NCBI GenBank assembly: GCA_977017645.1
Contig: OZ360229.1
Span: 102,920,001-102,984,000 of the forward strand
From: Torpedo marmorata
Taxonomy: Eukaryota
Reading direction: 5' to 3'
Length of the DNA: 64,000 nt
The position numbers and the translations under genes are program-made. The notes beneath the pieces are model-generated. The model was given only the letters and a program-made list of their open reading frames with translations, did not search any database and had not been told where the DNA came from. This document shows positions 26,659 through 38,133 of this stretch, piece after piece (positions within the stretch are counted from its first letter, which is position 1; every line of letters begins with the position of its first letter).

Positions 26659-28211
26659 AGATCTCTGGATATGAGATCTGACTGGTGAACCTATTCTCCA
26701 CAATAAAATTAGTTTATAGTTGTTCTTTTTTTAGATTGACATTCTCCTTATTTTATCTTTTTCTTTCTTTCTTTTCTATTTTACTAGATTAGTAGGGGTG
26801 GGAGGGTTAGGGAGGGGAGGGAGGGTGGGGGGGAGAAAATGTATCACATGTATTTTGATAATTTTGCATTTTATACAGTGTATTGTGTGATTTAAAAATT
26901 TTAAATAAAATATTTAAAAAAAAAGAAAACAAATAGATAAAAAATACGAGTTTAAAATTAAAAGGGCGGCACGGTTTGCGTAGCGGTTAACGTAACGCCT
27001 TTACAGCGGCAGTGATCGGGACCGGGGTTCGAATCCCATGCTGTCTGTAAGGAGTTTGTACGTTCTCCCCGTGTCTGCATGGGTTTTCCCTGGGGGTTCC
27101 AGTTTCCTCCCACCTTTCGAAACGTACCATGGGTGTAAGAGCCGTAAGCTTAATTACTTACCTTGGTCGCGGCGCTCCGATGTCTCGGCGGGTTACGGAG
27201 GAGTCGAGGTGTTTGTAGGCCGTGCTAGGCCTATTTAGTACTCTGCGCATGCGCTAGAGTGCCGACGGGCGCGTGTGCAGTTGGGAATTGACGGCAGTGT
27301 GCGTGGTGGAGTATGCGCGGTTGAGTATGCGCGGTGGAATATGCGCATTGAGCATGCGCGAATCGGGAAAAGGAATAGGAAAAGATGGGGACGGAGGAGG
27401 GTGAGTGATATCGCCATATCTTTTATTGAACGTTTCATTGAACATTTAAACATCATTTCCTTGAACATTTAAACTCGTTTCATTGATAGTTTAAAGTCTT
27501 TAAAGTCATTTAATTGAACATCTAAATACAGTCAAAGGAATCGTTTAAAGGAATTTATTAAACATCGTTATCAAGAACTGTTTATATTTCGTTTAAAGAA
27601 GATATTTAAGTCATTCAAGATTGCTGCAAGTCACGTGTGTAAATAAAGTTTTTTGAACATATCGGACTTTGTTAGTAAATTAATTGAAACGCGTCAAGAA
27701 CAATTGTCTCACCTAGCCTCCAAGTGACTATTTGTTGGATTGAAGTCACGATATAATTAGTCAATAAAAGTGGTTGTTTGGAACAGAAAATTGAAGGAAA
27801 GAAGATAGAATAATCTATCTGTGCTTTCGACTGATATTTAAAATAAAATGGTGGCCATCTTGGAGATGCCTCGAGTTGGGGGCAGTTTGTAATCCACATC
27901 CATCTGCCATGAGTAACAGCCAGAGAGGGATTTAAAGCTTCAAATCTTATAGTAAAGTGTCCTTTAAATACGTTGGAGAAACCATTTTTGGAAAATCAGC
28001 GATATTATTGATGGATGTTGTGGTTGAAACTCGTTTGTGAATAGCAGCACATTACAGTCATCTGAAGTGGTAGGCATAAGTCTGTGGACTCCTTCTGTGT
28101 ATCTTTGGCAAGTTAGAACACAGATTGGATTTGCTGCCGCTGGTCCATTGGGGACTGTTGATTTGGCTAGTGTTGTGTATGCTTGAAAGACAGTGGAACA
28201 AGACGAGTAAA

Positions 28212-31017
28212 ATGGCCGCAGCAGCCTCTGATGCAGCAGCCACTGATGTATCAGCAGCTGACGCAGCAACCGCTGATGTTGCTGTTGAGGACCAACGTAT
28301 TGAAGACATGAAGATTGTGGATATTAAAAAAGAATTGAAGTGACTGAAACAAGATATAAGTGGAAATAAAAAGGTTCTCATCGCAAGATTGAAGCTGGCA
28401 AAGGAAAAAGAGGCGGCTTCGTTAGATGAACAAGAAGATAACAAGGAAATGGCTGAAATTGTGTCACCAAATGAAGAGGATGAAGAAAATTAAGAAAATT
28501 AAGAGGATGAAGAAAATGAAGAGGATGAAGATGCAAAGGATGTACATGTCGAATTGGAGAAAGAGGTAAGTATGAAGACAACATATGACCAGCAGGATGA
28601 AATACAAGCAAGTGACAGTGTCTCAAATACTGAAAGCAGGAGAAGCAAACAAAGTTCTGGTTCGAGCTCCAGAGTTTCTCGTACTTCAAGTTCTGCATCT
28701 TCACGTACAATGATTGATGTTAAATTGGCCGCTCTTCTTGCACAACAAAATTCTCTTAAGGATAAACATGTTTTAGAAGAACAGGAGGAGGAACTAAGAG
28801 AACAGGAAAAACAGCTAAGGCAGAGGCAGAGACAACAGGAGGAACAGCTAAGGCAGAGGAAGAGACAACAAGAGGAACAGCTGAGGCAGAGAGTACAGGA
28901 GGAGCAGCTAAGACAGAGCCAACAGCTAAGGAAGAGACAAGAGCAGCTAAGAAAGAAAAAAGAGCAGCATGAGCTAAAAACAGATATTGCTATTGCCAAA
29001 GCCAGAAAGAAAGCAATAGAAGGCTCAATAGTATCTGGTGCTAAAAGTAAATTATCCAAAGTGTCTGATAATAAAAGGTCATATTTAAAAAAAGAGTCAC
29101 AGGAAAAGAAACCAACCAAAAGAGTAGACATTTTAGAAACAGGGGTACAAGACTTTCAAATACAAGGACAAATCCTTCAAGAGCATATTGGTATCGAGTC
29201 ACATGTACCAGTGGTAACATCTGAAGACAAAGCTGCGGCTTGGGTTCGGTCGAACTATGCAGCTTCCTTGTTATTTGAGTCAAGCATCAAAAATATGGAA
29301 GAAACTACACCAGTGAAGTTTCCAGATACATTAACTGCAACAAGAGCAATGTATTGTCATCCAAAGGAAGACAAAATGAAATTGGTGCATCATTGATTCA
29401 GTTACAGTCTCTCTCTTCTTTACCCAAGAAAGAGATACAAACTTTTCACGGTGATCCACTTCAGTACCAATCATTTATGAGATCTTTCAAACGCAATATT
29501 GAAAATAAATGCCAAGATCGTGATGAATGTCTTTATTATTTGGAAATGTTCACAAAGGGACATCCAAAAGAAATTGTAAAGAGTTGTCAACATATGTTCT
29601 CAGAAAGAGAATTAGACAGAGCTAAGGCTTTACTAGAACAACATTTTGGCAACAAGCATCGAATTGCTTTAGCTTATATGGATAAAGCTCTTAAATGGAC
29701 ATCAATAAAACAAAATGATGTAAAGGCTCTACAAGAATATACTTTATTTTTAAGAGGATGCTGTAATGCCATGGAAGATATCGATAATATTCGTGAGCTT
29801 GAAGTGCCTGGTAATATGCGAATCATCTTAGAAGTTGTGGGATAGATGGAGAAATTTGGCTTGTGATATACAAGAAAATTACGGTGGAAGAGCTAATTTA
29901 AAGGACTTGGTAAAATTTCTTGAACGACAGGTGTACATTGAAACAGATCCAATATATGGAAATACCAGAGACAATTCAATGGGCAAAGATGTGAGGAGGT
30001 CTAACTCACAGCCTAGTCCGAAATTGAAAAGGAGTACTTTTACTACTAATGTGTCAGTTATAAATAAAGAAATGGACAAAGTAAATAAGGAAAAGGAAAG
30101 TTTGCCTGATGAAAAGAATTGTTGGTTCTGTAAAGGTGGACATGTTTAGAAATGTGTTTACAATTGGTAAAGAAGGAACATAATGAGAAGATCGCTTTCT
30201 TAAAGGAAAATGGAATATGTTTTAGCTGTTTGTGTAAAGGGCACATCAGTAAAAACTGTGAGAAGCGAATTAATTGTAACATATGTAAGTTGAAACATCC
30301 TAGAATTTTGCATATCCATCAAAGAAACAAGGAATTGGAAAAGGAGCAAACAGAAACAAAGGAAACATCTGAAAACAATGTTATAACCTCGGTTCAGACA
30401 AATGGTCTTACCGGGGCCGGTGTGGATAACTGCAAACTTGCAATAGTGACTGTACAAGTCAAGACCAAGAATGGGGATGCAACAGTACATACATATGCAT
30501 TTCTAGACCCAGGCAGCACTGCATCTTTTTGCATGGAAGGACTAATGAACAAACTTAATATTTAAGGAAGAAGGTCAAGAATTATGTTGAAAACCATGGG
30601 ACAAGAAAAGAGGTCGTTGAAACTAGCATTGTTTCAGGTTTAGAGGTTGCTGGATTGGATGACAAAAAATTGTGATCTTCCAATGTTATATACTCAGAAG
30701 ACTATGCCTGTGCATGAAGGAAACATTCCTCATCAAAATGATATCCATAACTTATCTTATCTGTGGAAGGTTTATTTACCTGAAATTAACTCTGAGATAG
30801 AAATGCTGATTGGTTCAGATGTGCCAAAGTTTTTGGAACCACTAGAAGTAATACAGAGTAGAAGGAGTGGACCTTACTCTATTAGAACCAAGCTTGGTTG
30901 GACAATCAATGGACCATTGGAAAGAAATAATGATATTGCTCAGGAACACTTAGCGATAAATATTAACAGGATTTCGGTTGTGAAAGTTGATGAGTTAAGG
31001 GAAGAGCAAAAGACTGT
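28212..31017 (+). pseudogene. BEL Gag-protease polyprotein with stops and frameshifts
   Basis: LPKKEIQTFHGDPLQY (DUF1759-like); CWFCKGGH, CFSCLCKGHISKNC, CNICKLKHPRILH; protease YAFLDPGSTASF; MLIGSDVP..TKLGWTINGP. Confidence 0.87.
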
Positions 31018-31910
31018 TGTTATGGACCATGACTGACCATTTGGACTGCGGACGGTCAGCAGGAAGGATGAAGTCTTTTGGAGTATACACTGGGGCCAGT
31101 TACTGAAAGAGTTAACTTCCCCAGGACTTGGTGTACCCAGACAAGATACATTGTTGCACTTTTGGTGTACCCAGAAAAAGAGAGACCAGAGAGAGAGAGA
31201 CAGACTGTGGACAAGATACATTTGTTGCACTTTTGCAAAAGCAGGTGCAGATCTCTGCAGAAAAAGCAGACAGTTGTAAGTTGCAGAGGCTAGAGAACAC
31301 AGCCAAATCCAGGTTTGTGCAGCCAGAGAAAAACCTGGCAGAATAGCACATGGCCTCCTGTCTCAGAGAAATTCTGAGGAAAAGCAACTTCTGTGGAGAA
31401 CAGGCGTGAGATCAGCGAGACTAGCTGTGAGATTCAAGCACACGCCTAAATCAGTGGTATACTGATCTGAACTCGCAATCCTTATGAACACACAAGAAGG
31501 GGACGTCATCAGAGAAGAAAACAAGTATTTGTAAGCATAAACATTGTCTCTCTCCAACGTTCATTCAGAAGTACTTCTACCAGACACAGAGCTGAATTTG
31601 AAGCCTGAACTTAGAGAGTGGATTTTGTGGACTGTATTATTCTTTTTTTTTACTGACTTGTTTTTTATGACTGACCTGGGGTTTTTGGGGAAAGTTTTTC
31701 CATTTTTACATAAGGGTTGGGCACAGACTGTAATGGTCTGGGCTTTACACACACACACATACACCTTTTAGATAAGAATAGTGTTTATAGACGTTTTTGT
31801 GGGGTTAATTGTTGTGAAATTATATGTTTAATTGTGTTTAATAAATATAAATTTCAATTTTACCCCTTTTGCATTGCGTCTTCTGTCGTTGCTGGTTTGA
31901 ATTTGTAACA
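31018..31910 (+). mobile_element. Solo LTR (same family as 12319) inserted in the BEL ORF
   Basis: TGTTA...TAACA termini; TSD CTGT at 31014-31017 and 31911-31914. Confidence 0.9.
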
Positions 31911-32060
31911 CTGTGAATAAGAAAATCACTTTTGAAGAAAAGAAAATAGATCAATGTGAAAATAAATCAAAGGTATTTAAACAACATTGAAGGAATTATG
32001 TTCATCAGAAATGGATGAAAATGAAGTATTAGAAGATGTTGCAAATAATACTATTGATTA

Positions 32061-33325
32061 TTTGACCAATCTGATTGAATTTTTTGAAGAGGTGACTAGG
32101 ACTGTGGATGAGGGTAGTGCAGTGGATGTTGTCTATATGGACTTCAGTAAGGCCTTTGATAAGGTTCCGCATGGAAGGTTAGTGAGGAAGGTGCAGTCTT
32201 TAGGTATAGATTCTGAGATAGTCAAATGGATTGAACATTGGCTGGAGGGGAGAGGCCAGAGAGTGGTAGTGGATAATTGTTTGTCAGGTTGGAAGCCCGT
32301 GACAAGCGGTGTGCCTCAGGGATCTGTATTGGGCCCATTGTTGTTTGTTATATATATCAATGATCTAGATGATGGGGTGGTAAACTGGATTAGTAAATAT
32401 GCAGATGATACCAAGATAGGTGGAATAGTGGATAATGAAGAAGGTTTTCAAGGATTGCAGAAGGATTTGGGCTGCTTAGAAAAGTGGGCTGAAAAATGGC
32501 AGATGGAGTTTAATGCTGATAAGTGTGAGGTGCTTCATTTTGGAAAGAAGAATCAGAACAGGACATATGTAGTAAATGGGAGAGCATTGATGAATACAGA
32601 AGAGCAGAAAGATTTAGGAATAACGGTGCATCGTTCCCTGAAGGTGGAAACTCATGTGAATAGGGTGGTGAAGAAGGCTTTTAGTATGCTGGCCTTCATC
32701 AATCAATGCATAGAATATAGGAGTTGGGAAGTGATGTTGAGATTATATAAGGCTTTGGTGCGGCCTAATTTAGAGTTCTGTGTGCAGTTCTGGTCGCCAA
32801 ATTATAGGAAGGATATCAACAAAGTGGAGAGAGTGCAGAGAAGGTTTACCAGAATGTTACCTGGGTTTAAGAATTTAGAGTACAAGGAGAGATTGAGCAG
32901 ATTAGGTCTTTATTCTTTGGAGCGTAGAAGGTTGAGAGGGGATTTGATAGAGGTATTTAAAATTATGAAAGGGATAGACAGAGTGGATGTGGATAGACTA
33001 TTTCCATTAAGAATAGGAGAGATTGAAACAAGAGGACATGAGCTAAGAGTTAAGGGGCAGAGGTTTAGAGGTAACATGAGGGGGAACTTCTTTACTCAGA
33101 GAGTGGTAGCAGTGTGGAATGAGCTTCCGGGAGAAGTAGTGGCGGCAGAGTCAATTTTAGTATTTAAGAAAAAGTTGGACAAGTATATGGATGAGAGGGA
33201 AGTGGAGGGTTATGGGCAAGGTGCAGGTAGGTGGGACTAGATAGGAATGTTTTGGTTCGGTGCGGACTGGAAGGGCCTAATGGCCTGTTTCCGTGCTGTA
33301 ATTGTTATATGGTTATATGGTTATA
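32061..33325 (+). mobile_element. CR1 LINE, 5'-truncated, RT C-terminal half still open, inserted in the BEL element
   Basis: LTNLIEFFEEVT..YMDFSKAFDKVPH..SGVPQGSVLGP..YADDTK; (GTTATATG)n tail. Confidence 0.93.
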
Positions 33326-33574
33326 TGTGTAATTGAATCAGATACAGAAATAAAACAAGTGACTGAAAACAAACCTGAATGTCGATTTTGTAGTTCAGAG
33401 GTTACAACTGACAAAGTCAATGAAGAAATGTTGCAATGTGATGTAAAACTGGAGAACACAGAAAATTGTGCTGATGGAATAAAGAATAATTTGAATGATA
33501 ATTTAATGCAATTGAATTCAGGGAACAAAATGTTGAAAGGGGAATTGGAAATATTAGATAATCATGAAAACAGT

Positions 33575-34050
33575 AAACAGAAAGATTTAATTGTAAGTAA
33601 AATTCGCAAAGTCAGAAAGCGGAAGAAAAGAATAACTGCTGAAGAAATGTATACAGTTATTGAGTAAAGAGATTCAGCATTATCAAAATGTAAAAGGTTG
33701 GAGGAAGAGATTAATATTTTGAAAGAGAACAAGTTATTGGTTAATAACACAAAACAGTTAACTATAGAAAACAATCAATAATGTAAATTGAATGTTCAGC
33801 TATTAACAATGCAGAAAGAAAGTGATATTGCATTGCAGAAATGTAACAAGCAAGATGAAGAAATTAAAAAATTTCAAGTTTACCACAGCAGGATTGACAA
33901 TAGAAGTACCAATGTATCAATGATATTTTCACTTCAGATCAAGTTATTAATTTCTCGGAAGGAACTGAGACAGAATTGAATGTTGAAAAATTGGATTTGG
34001 AATTGCAGGAAAAGGCAATAGAAACCAGAGTGGTTAAAGAAACTCATTTA
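33575..34050 (+). pseudogene. MIPOL1-like coiled-coil host gene fragment inside the BEL element
   Basis: Read through two TAA stops: IVSKIRKVRKRKKRITAEEMYTVIE*RDSALSKCKRLEEEINILKENKLLVNNTKQLTIENNQ*CKLNVQLLTMQKESDIALQKCNKQDEEIKKFQVYHS; resembles recalled vertebrate MIPOL1 (RITAEEM..RDAALSKCKRLE..LTAENNQ..LLSMQ..EEI..VYYS). Confidence 0.72.
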
Positions 34051-34275
34051 TTAAAATCGAGAGAATCAGATAAATATTCAAATTCTAATTCTAAGAGTTT
34101 AAATTCTTCACATGAGAAGTGGAATGCTGAAAAAAGAAATAAAGTGAAACGACATGCTGAAGAAGTGCCTCGTGTTAAATTCAAAAGAAAAACTGTATCT
34201 ATTTTGTCTGAGGAAGATTTGAGGTTTACTGGTCGACGTTTTAACTCAAAGATTCTGGAGATAAAAGAACTTTGA

Positions 34276-34458
34276 AGAGACATTGTGATTATACTGGATG
34301 ATTCAGCTCCTCGAAACTCCTGGTTACTTGGAAAAATTGTTGAGACTATTCAGGACAAAAGGGGACTTGTGCAACAGGTGCGAATTAAAACTAAGACTGG
34401 CTTTCTAAATAGATCTATTAACAAGGTCTGCCTTCTGTTGGAGATGGAGGAACTTTGA
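34276..34458 (+). pseudogene. BEL integrase C-terminal tail (DUF5641-like)
   Basis: RDIVIILDDSAPRNSWLLGKIVETIQDKRGLVQQVRIKTKTGFLNRSINKVCLLLE, in the same frame as ORF 33976-34275. Confidence 0.85.
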
Positions 34459-36077
34459 TAAATACAAACTGACTTTATTTGTTGTTGTATACTTCACAGG
34501 CACAGACTTTTGTAGATTCACAGTTATGGTAAACTCTGATCTCATGAAGAAAGAAGATTTGTATATTGTTTGAATGTTATATGGTTATTGTCATTCATAA
34601 TTGATTGTGTAATTATTATTTAAGACATTGTGTCTAATTATAATAATTAGGGGCCGGTATAAGAGCCCTAAGCTTAATTACTTACCTTGGTCGCGGCGTT
34701 CCGATGTCTCGGCAGGTTACGGAGGAGTCGCGGTGTTTGTAGGCCGTGCTAGGCCTATTTAGTACTCTGCGCAAGCGCTAGATTGCCGACGGGCGCATGC
34801 GCAGTTGGGAATTGACGGCAGTGTGCGCGGTGGAGTGTGCGCGGTTGAGTATGCGCGGTGGAATATGCGCATTGAGCATGCGCAAATCGGGAAAAGGATT
34901 AGGAAAAGATGGCGACGGAGGAGGGTGAGTGTTATTGCCATATCTTTTATTGAACGTTTCATTGAACATTTAAACATAGTTTCATTGAACGTTTAAACTC
35001 GTTTCATTGATGGTTTAAAGTCTTTAAAGTCATTTAATTGAACATCTAAATATGGTCAAAGGAATTGTTTAAAGGAATTTATTAAACATCGTTATCAAGA
35101 ACTGTTTATATTTCGTTTAAAGAAAATATTTTTAGTCATTGAAGATTGCTGCAAGTCACGTGTGTAAATAAAGTTTTTTGAACATATCGGACTTTGTTAG
35201 TAAATTAATTGAAACACGTCAAGAACAAGTGTCTCCAAGTGACTATTTGTTGGATTGAAGTCACTATAAGGCATGTAGGTTAATGGGTTGTAAATTGGGT
35301 GGCAAGGACTTGTGGGCCGAAAGGCCTGTTACCGGGCTGTATGTTTAAATTTTTTAAATTGGCGCCCCTAGTGGTCAGTTCACCAATCCACACAACACGC
35401 AGTCTTAAGCAACTGGGAAAATTCATTTATCCGGCATCTATCAATCCACATAGGTGCCGGATACCCGGGGATTTGCAGTATAAATGTCATATATGATATA
35501 TAAAATATCATGTGCTTTATAAAGTTGGATTCAGTTGTAAATTTGATTGTCATCCAGTCTCATGGAGATACTTTGTGGACTGTTACCTTCTAGGTGATTT
35601 CACTGAATTGAATAGTTTCAGGGGTTTCTGTAAATTATTCTCTGATTCATGAGGATTTATCTACAAGGGCAGAGGCATTTTCTTGGTTATGCATTAACTT
35701 CACTACACAGGAAATGACAGAGGAGACAAACAGTGAACCCCCTTGGCTGTTTTACTCCCACTTCACATGTCAATGCTGCTCCGGATAAAACCATCATCTT
35801 TAGATGTGACTTTTGAAAAATTCCATTACCTGTTCCTGGTTTCCACAACTCTGAATGAAAATTTCTTCCTTTTATCATTTCTAATGGCAGACGTTATAAA
35901 GACCCTTTATCAGAACCAGGAAAGTCAGAATACAGGTATTGTTTTCTCACTTTTCTCATTTGTTCGCTCAGAAGGACTGCTTACGAGTCTGTTATACCTT
36001 TGGGCGTAATACAGTATGGATCATGTTGCTAAAACGGAGTACTTTGTTCAGATCATCTTTGCATTATTCTATAATAA

Positions 36078-36310
36078 TGTTAGCGTAGCGGTTAGCGCAG
36101 TGCTATTACAGCGCCAGTGACCTGGGTTCGAATCCGGCGCTGTCTGTAAGGAGTTTGTAGTTCTCCCTGTTTCTGCATGGGTTTCCTCCGGGTGCTCCAG
36201 TTTTCTCCCACCCTTGAAAAACAGACGGGGGCTATAGGTTCTTGGTGTATTTGGGGGTCACAGACGCATGGGCTGGAAGGGCCTGTTACTGTGCTGCACG
36301 TCTAAATTTA
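36078..36310 (+). mobile_element. tRNA-derived SINE (HE1-like)
   Basis: Slightly 5'-truncated copy with B box GGTTCGAATCC. Confidence 0.8.
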
Positions 36311-37676
36311 AATGTAAAATTCTATAATTGCATACCCAGTTCTTGTTGACCGTGATGCTGGTTATTTATGGTATTTCCATACTGCTTGGTGTTGCTCAGA
36401 CTGAGAGACTGTTGCACTGGCAATGAATTCTCAACCTCAGTATTTTTCTGATTTTGTGATAGAAATTTGCCTGCTGGAGGTACAAAGAGAGAGCGCAGGC
36501 ACACGCTGTATAACCAATATAAATATGATTCCTAATTTAAAATATGTATGTTCTGCAGCTAAGGTGAAATGGAAGATGCCTACTCATTAAAGAAGGATGA
36601 TCAGAATTCTATGCTTGATTGTACTTACGTTCTTGAGAAAATAAATTACTGATGAGTTTGTTCGTGTGGGAAGACGTACCAAAGAGTAAATGTACCTTTG
36701 GAAATTTGGATTTTAAACAAACTCTGCTTCATTGATCCATGTTGGTATTGTGAATATACATTTTCCTAAAGTCTCTTTTGCTTAATGTCTACAGGAATAA
36801 CTCTTCAAAGCCATTTGTTCATATTCTCTAGATTATGAAAGTAGCACCTGACTTGTGATATATCACATGTATTTAAGCAATATAATGCAGCAATAGTACA
36901 CCTGTTAACATACTTCTGGAAATGTCAATAACATTTTGAGACTGCACCAAAAATGAGCACAATGAAATTCTGCAAAATAGAAAAACACAAAATCTGCAAA
37001 TGCTGGAATCTTGATCAAACAGCAACTCCCTGCAGCTCATTGTTTGCACAATGAAATTCTGTTGTTCCCAATCAGGATAAATATAATAGAAATCGTTTGA
37101 GATCATCAGCCAAACTCTCACCTCCCATCTCCATGCCCAATGGACAAGGGCAGCGTGCATTCGTTCACTGTCTCTCCAAATCTTTCCCCAAGTCACACAC
37201 ACAACACTGATTTGTAAAATCACCTCCGTTCTTCATTATCACTGCTGATCCTGGAACTAAATCGTTCAAAGGCCCCACCCAATTGCACAGTGGGAGTACC
37301 ACGTCATCTTGAAGGTGGCTCGCCACTAATTTTTCATGAAATGGTGACCTTTCCAACAATGCCCATACCTCCCCCTGAAGATGAATTTAAAAAAGTGTTT
37401 CAGCACATTCCAAGGACAAAATTGCAATATTCAGTCATGAATCCTGCAGAGCCATTTTAATCGTAAAGAATAGCTCAATTAGAACGGGGCCCCACACATT
37501 TTGTGGTTGCTGTGTCCTATGTGATTAGGAGAAATGCCATCTCCTGTAATGGTAACAGTTTCCTCTGCTCTGAACAATGCTAAAAATTGTGGTGCATTAG
37601 TCAAAATGACAAAATGGAGGAGATGGTTCTTACACATCTGGGTAGAGTTGACTTCCAACCTGCTTTTTTCTTTCAG

Positions 37677-37874
37677 GTGCTCGCAGTGCAAGGGAGGAGC
37701 CTCAGTTTGTGACTGCCCGTGCTGGTGACAGCGTGATTCTAGGATGTGATGTGGTGCACCCAGTGACAGGGCAGCAGCCCCCATACGTGGTAGAGTGGTT
37801 TAAGTTTGGAGTTCCCATCCCAATATTCATCAAGTTTGGCTTCTATCCCCCTCATGTGGATCCTGAATATGCAG
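37677..37874 (+). CDS. IGSF9B: Internal coding exon (probably exon 2, first half of Ig domain 1) of IGSF9B / turtle homolog B
   Basis: Polypyrimidine tract plus CAG acceptor (AG 37675-37676) and GTAGGG donor at 37875; 198 bp, phase 1-1; translates GARSAREEPQFVTARAGDSVILGCDVVHPVTGQQPPYVVEWFKFGVPIPIFIKFGFYPPHVDPEYAG, near-identical to recalled vertebrate IGSF9B. Confidence 0.93.
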
Positions 37875-38133
37875 GTAGGGCATTTACACTTACTGGACTC
37901 CTTGCTGTGTGTCAGGATATTTAATTAATGGTTTGACACGAGAACATTGTATGTGATGTAACAAATACTGCGGCACTTTCGGAAGCTGGGAAAGGAATGC
38001 TATCTGTTACTGGATTTCATTAAGCCACCTCCCCAACACAGAGATGAAATGTGTTCCCTTTGATTACAAATAAGCACATGGAGAGGCTATAGACTGAGTT
38101 ATCAAATGTATACAGTTGTTAGAATTGATAATA

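Larger units (their letters stand above)
22085..26923 (+). mobile_element. L1 LINE with intact 5' end, poly(A) and TSD but an internally deleted RT
   Basis: TSD AGAAAACAAATAGAT at 22070-22084 and 26924-26938; ORF1 and ORF2 remnants; G-rich 3' UTR, AATAAA and A tail. Confidence 0.93.
27134..35268 (+). mobile_element. BEL/Pao LTR retrotransposon, non-autonomous (LTRs 27134-27753 and 34658-35268)
   Basis: Direct LTRs of ~620 and ~611 bp; PPT AATTAGGGGCCGG before the 3' LTR; BEL-type Gag with three Cys-His knuckles, protease and integrase C-terminal tail; no clean TSD seen. Confidence 0.9.
26964..35355 (+). mobile_element. tRNA-derived SINE split by the BEL element (head 26964-27133, tail 35274-35355)
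   Basis: The head ends ..CGAAACGTACCATGGG and the consensus resumes TGTAGGTTAATGGG..GGCCTGTTACCGGGCTGTATG after the 3' LTR. Confidence 0.85.
22021..35478. mobile_element. Small Tigger/pogo-like MITE split by nested insertions
   Basis: Left end CAGTAAGATCCCTGTAATCCGG; right end CCGGATACCCGGGGATTTGCAGTA (degenerate TIRs); only ~22021-22084, 26939-26963 and ~35360-35478 belong to it. Confidence 0.5.

Noticed and set aside
28125-28211. Signal-peptide or transmembrane-like leader (LLPLVHWGLLIWLVLCML) ahead of BEL Gag
   Set aside because: It starts at TTG and the more plausible start is ATG 28212; not enough support for an env-like or secreted product.
31987-33240. 417-aa ORF as the BEL element's own RT or a domesticated gene
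   Set aside because: The RT is CR1-type with its own 3' UTR and tandem-repeat tail; the in-frame fusion with 25 upstream codons is best explained as a chance insertion.
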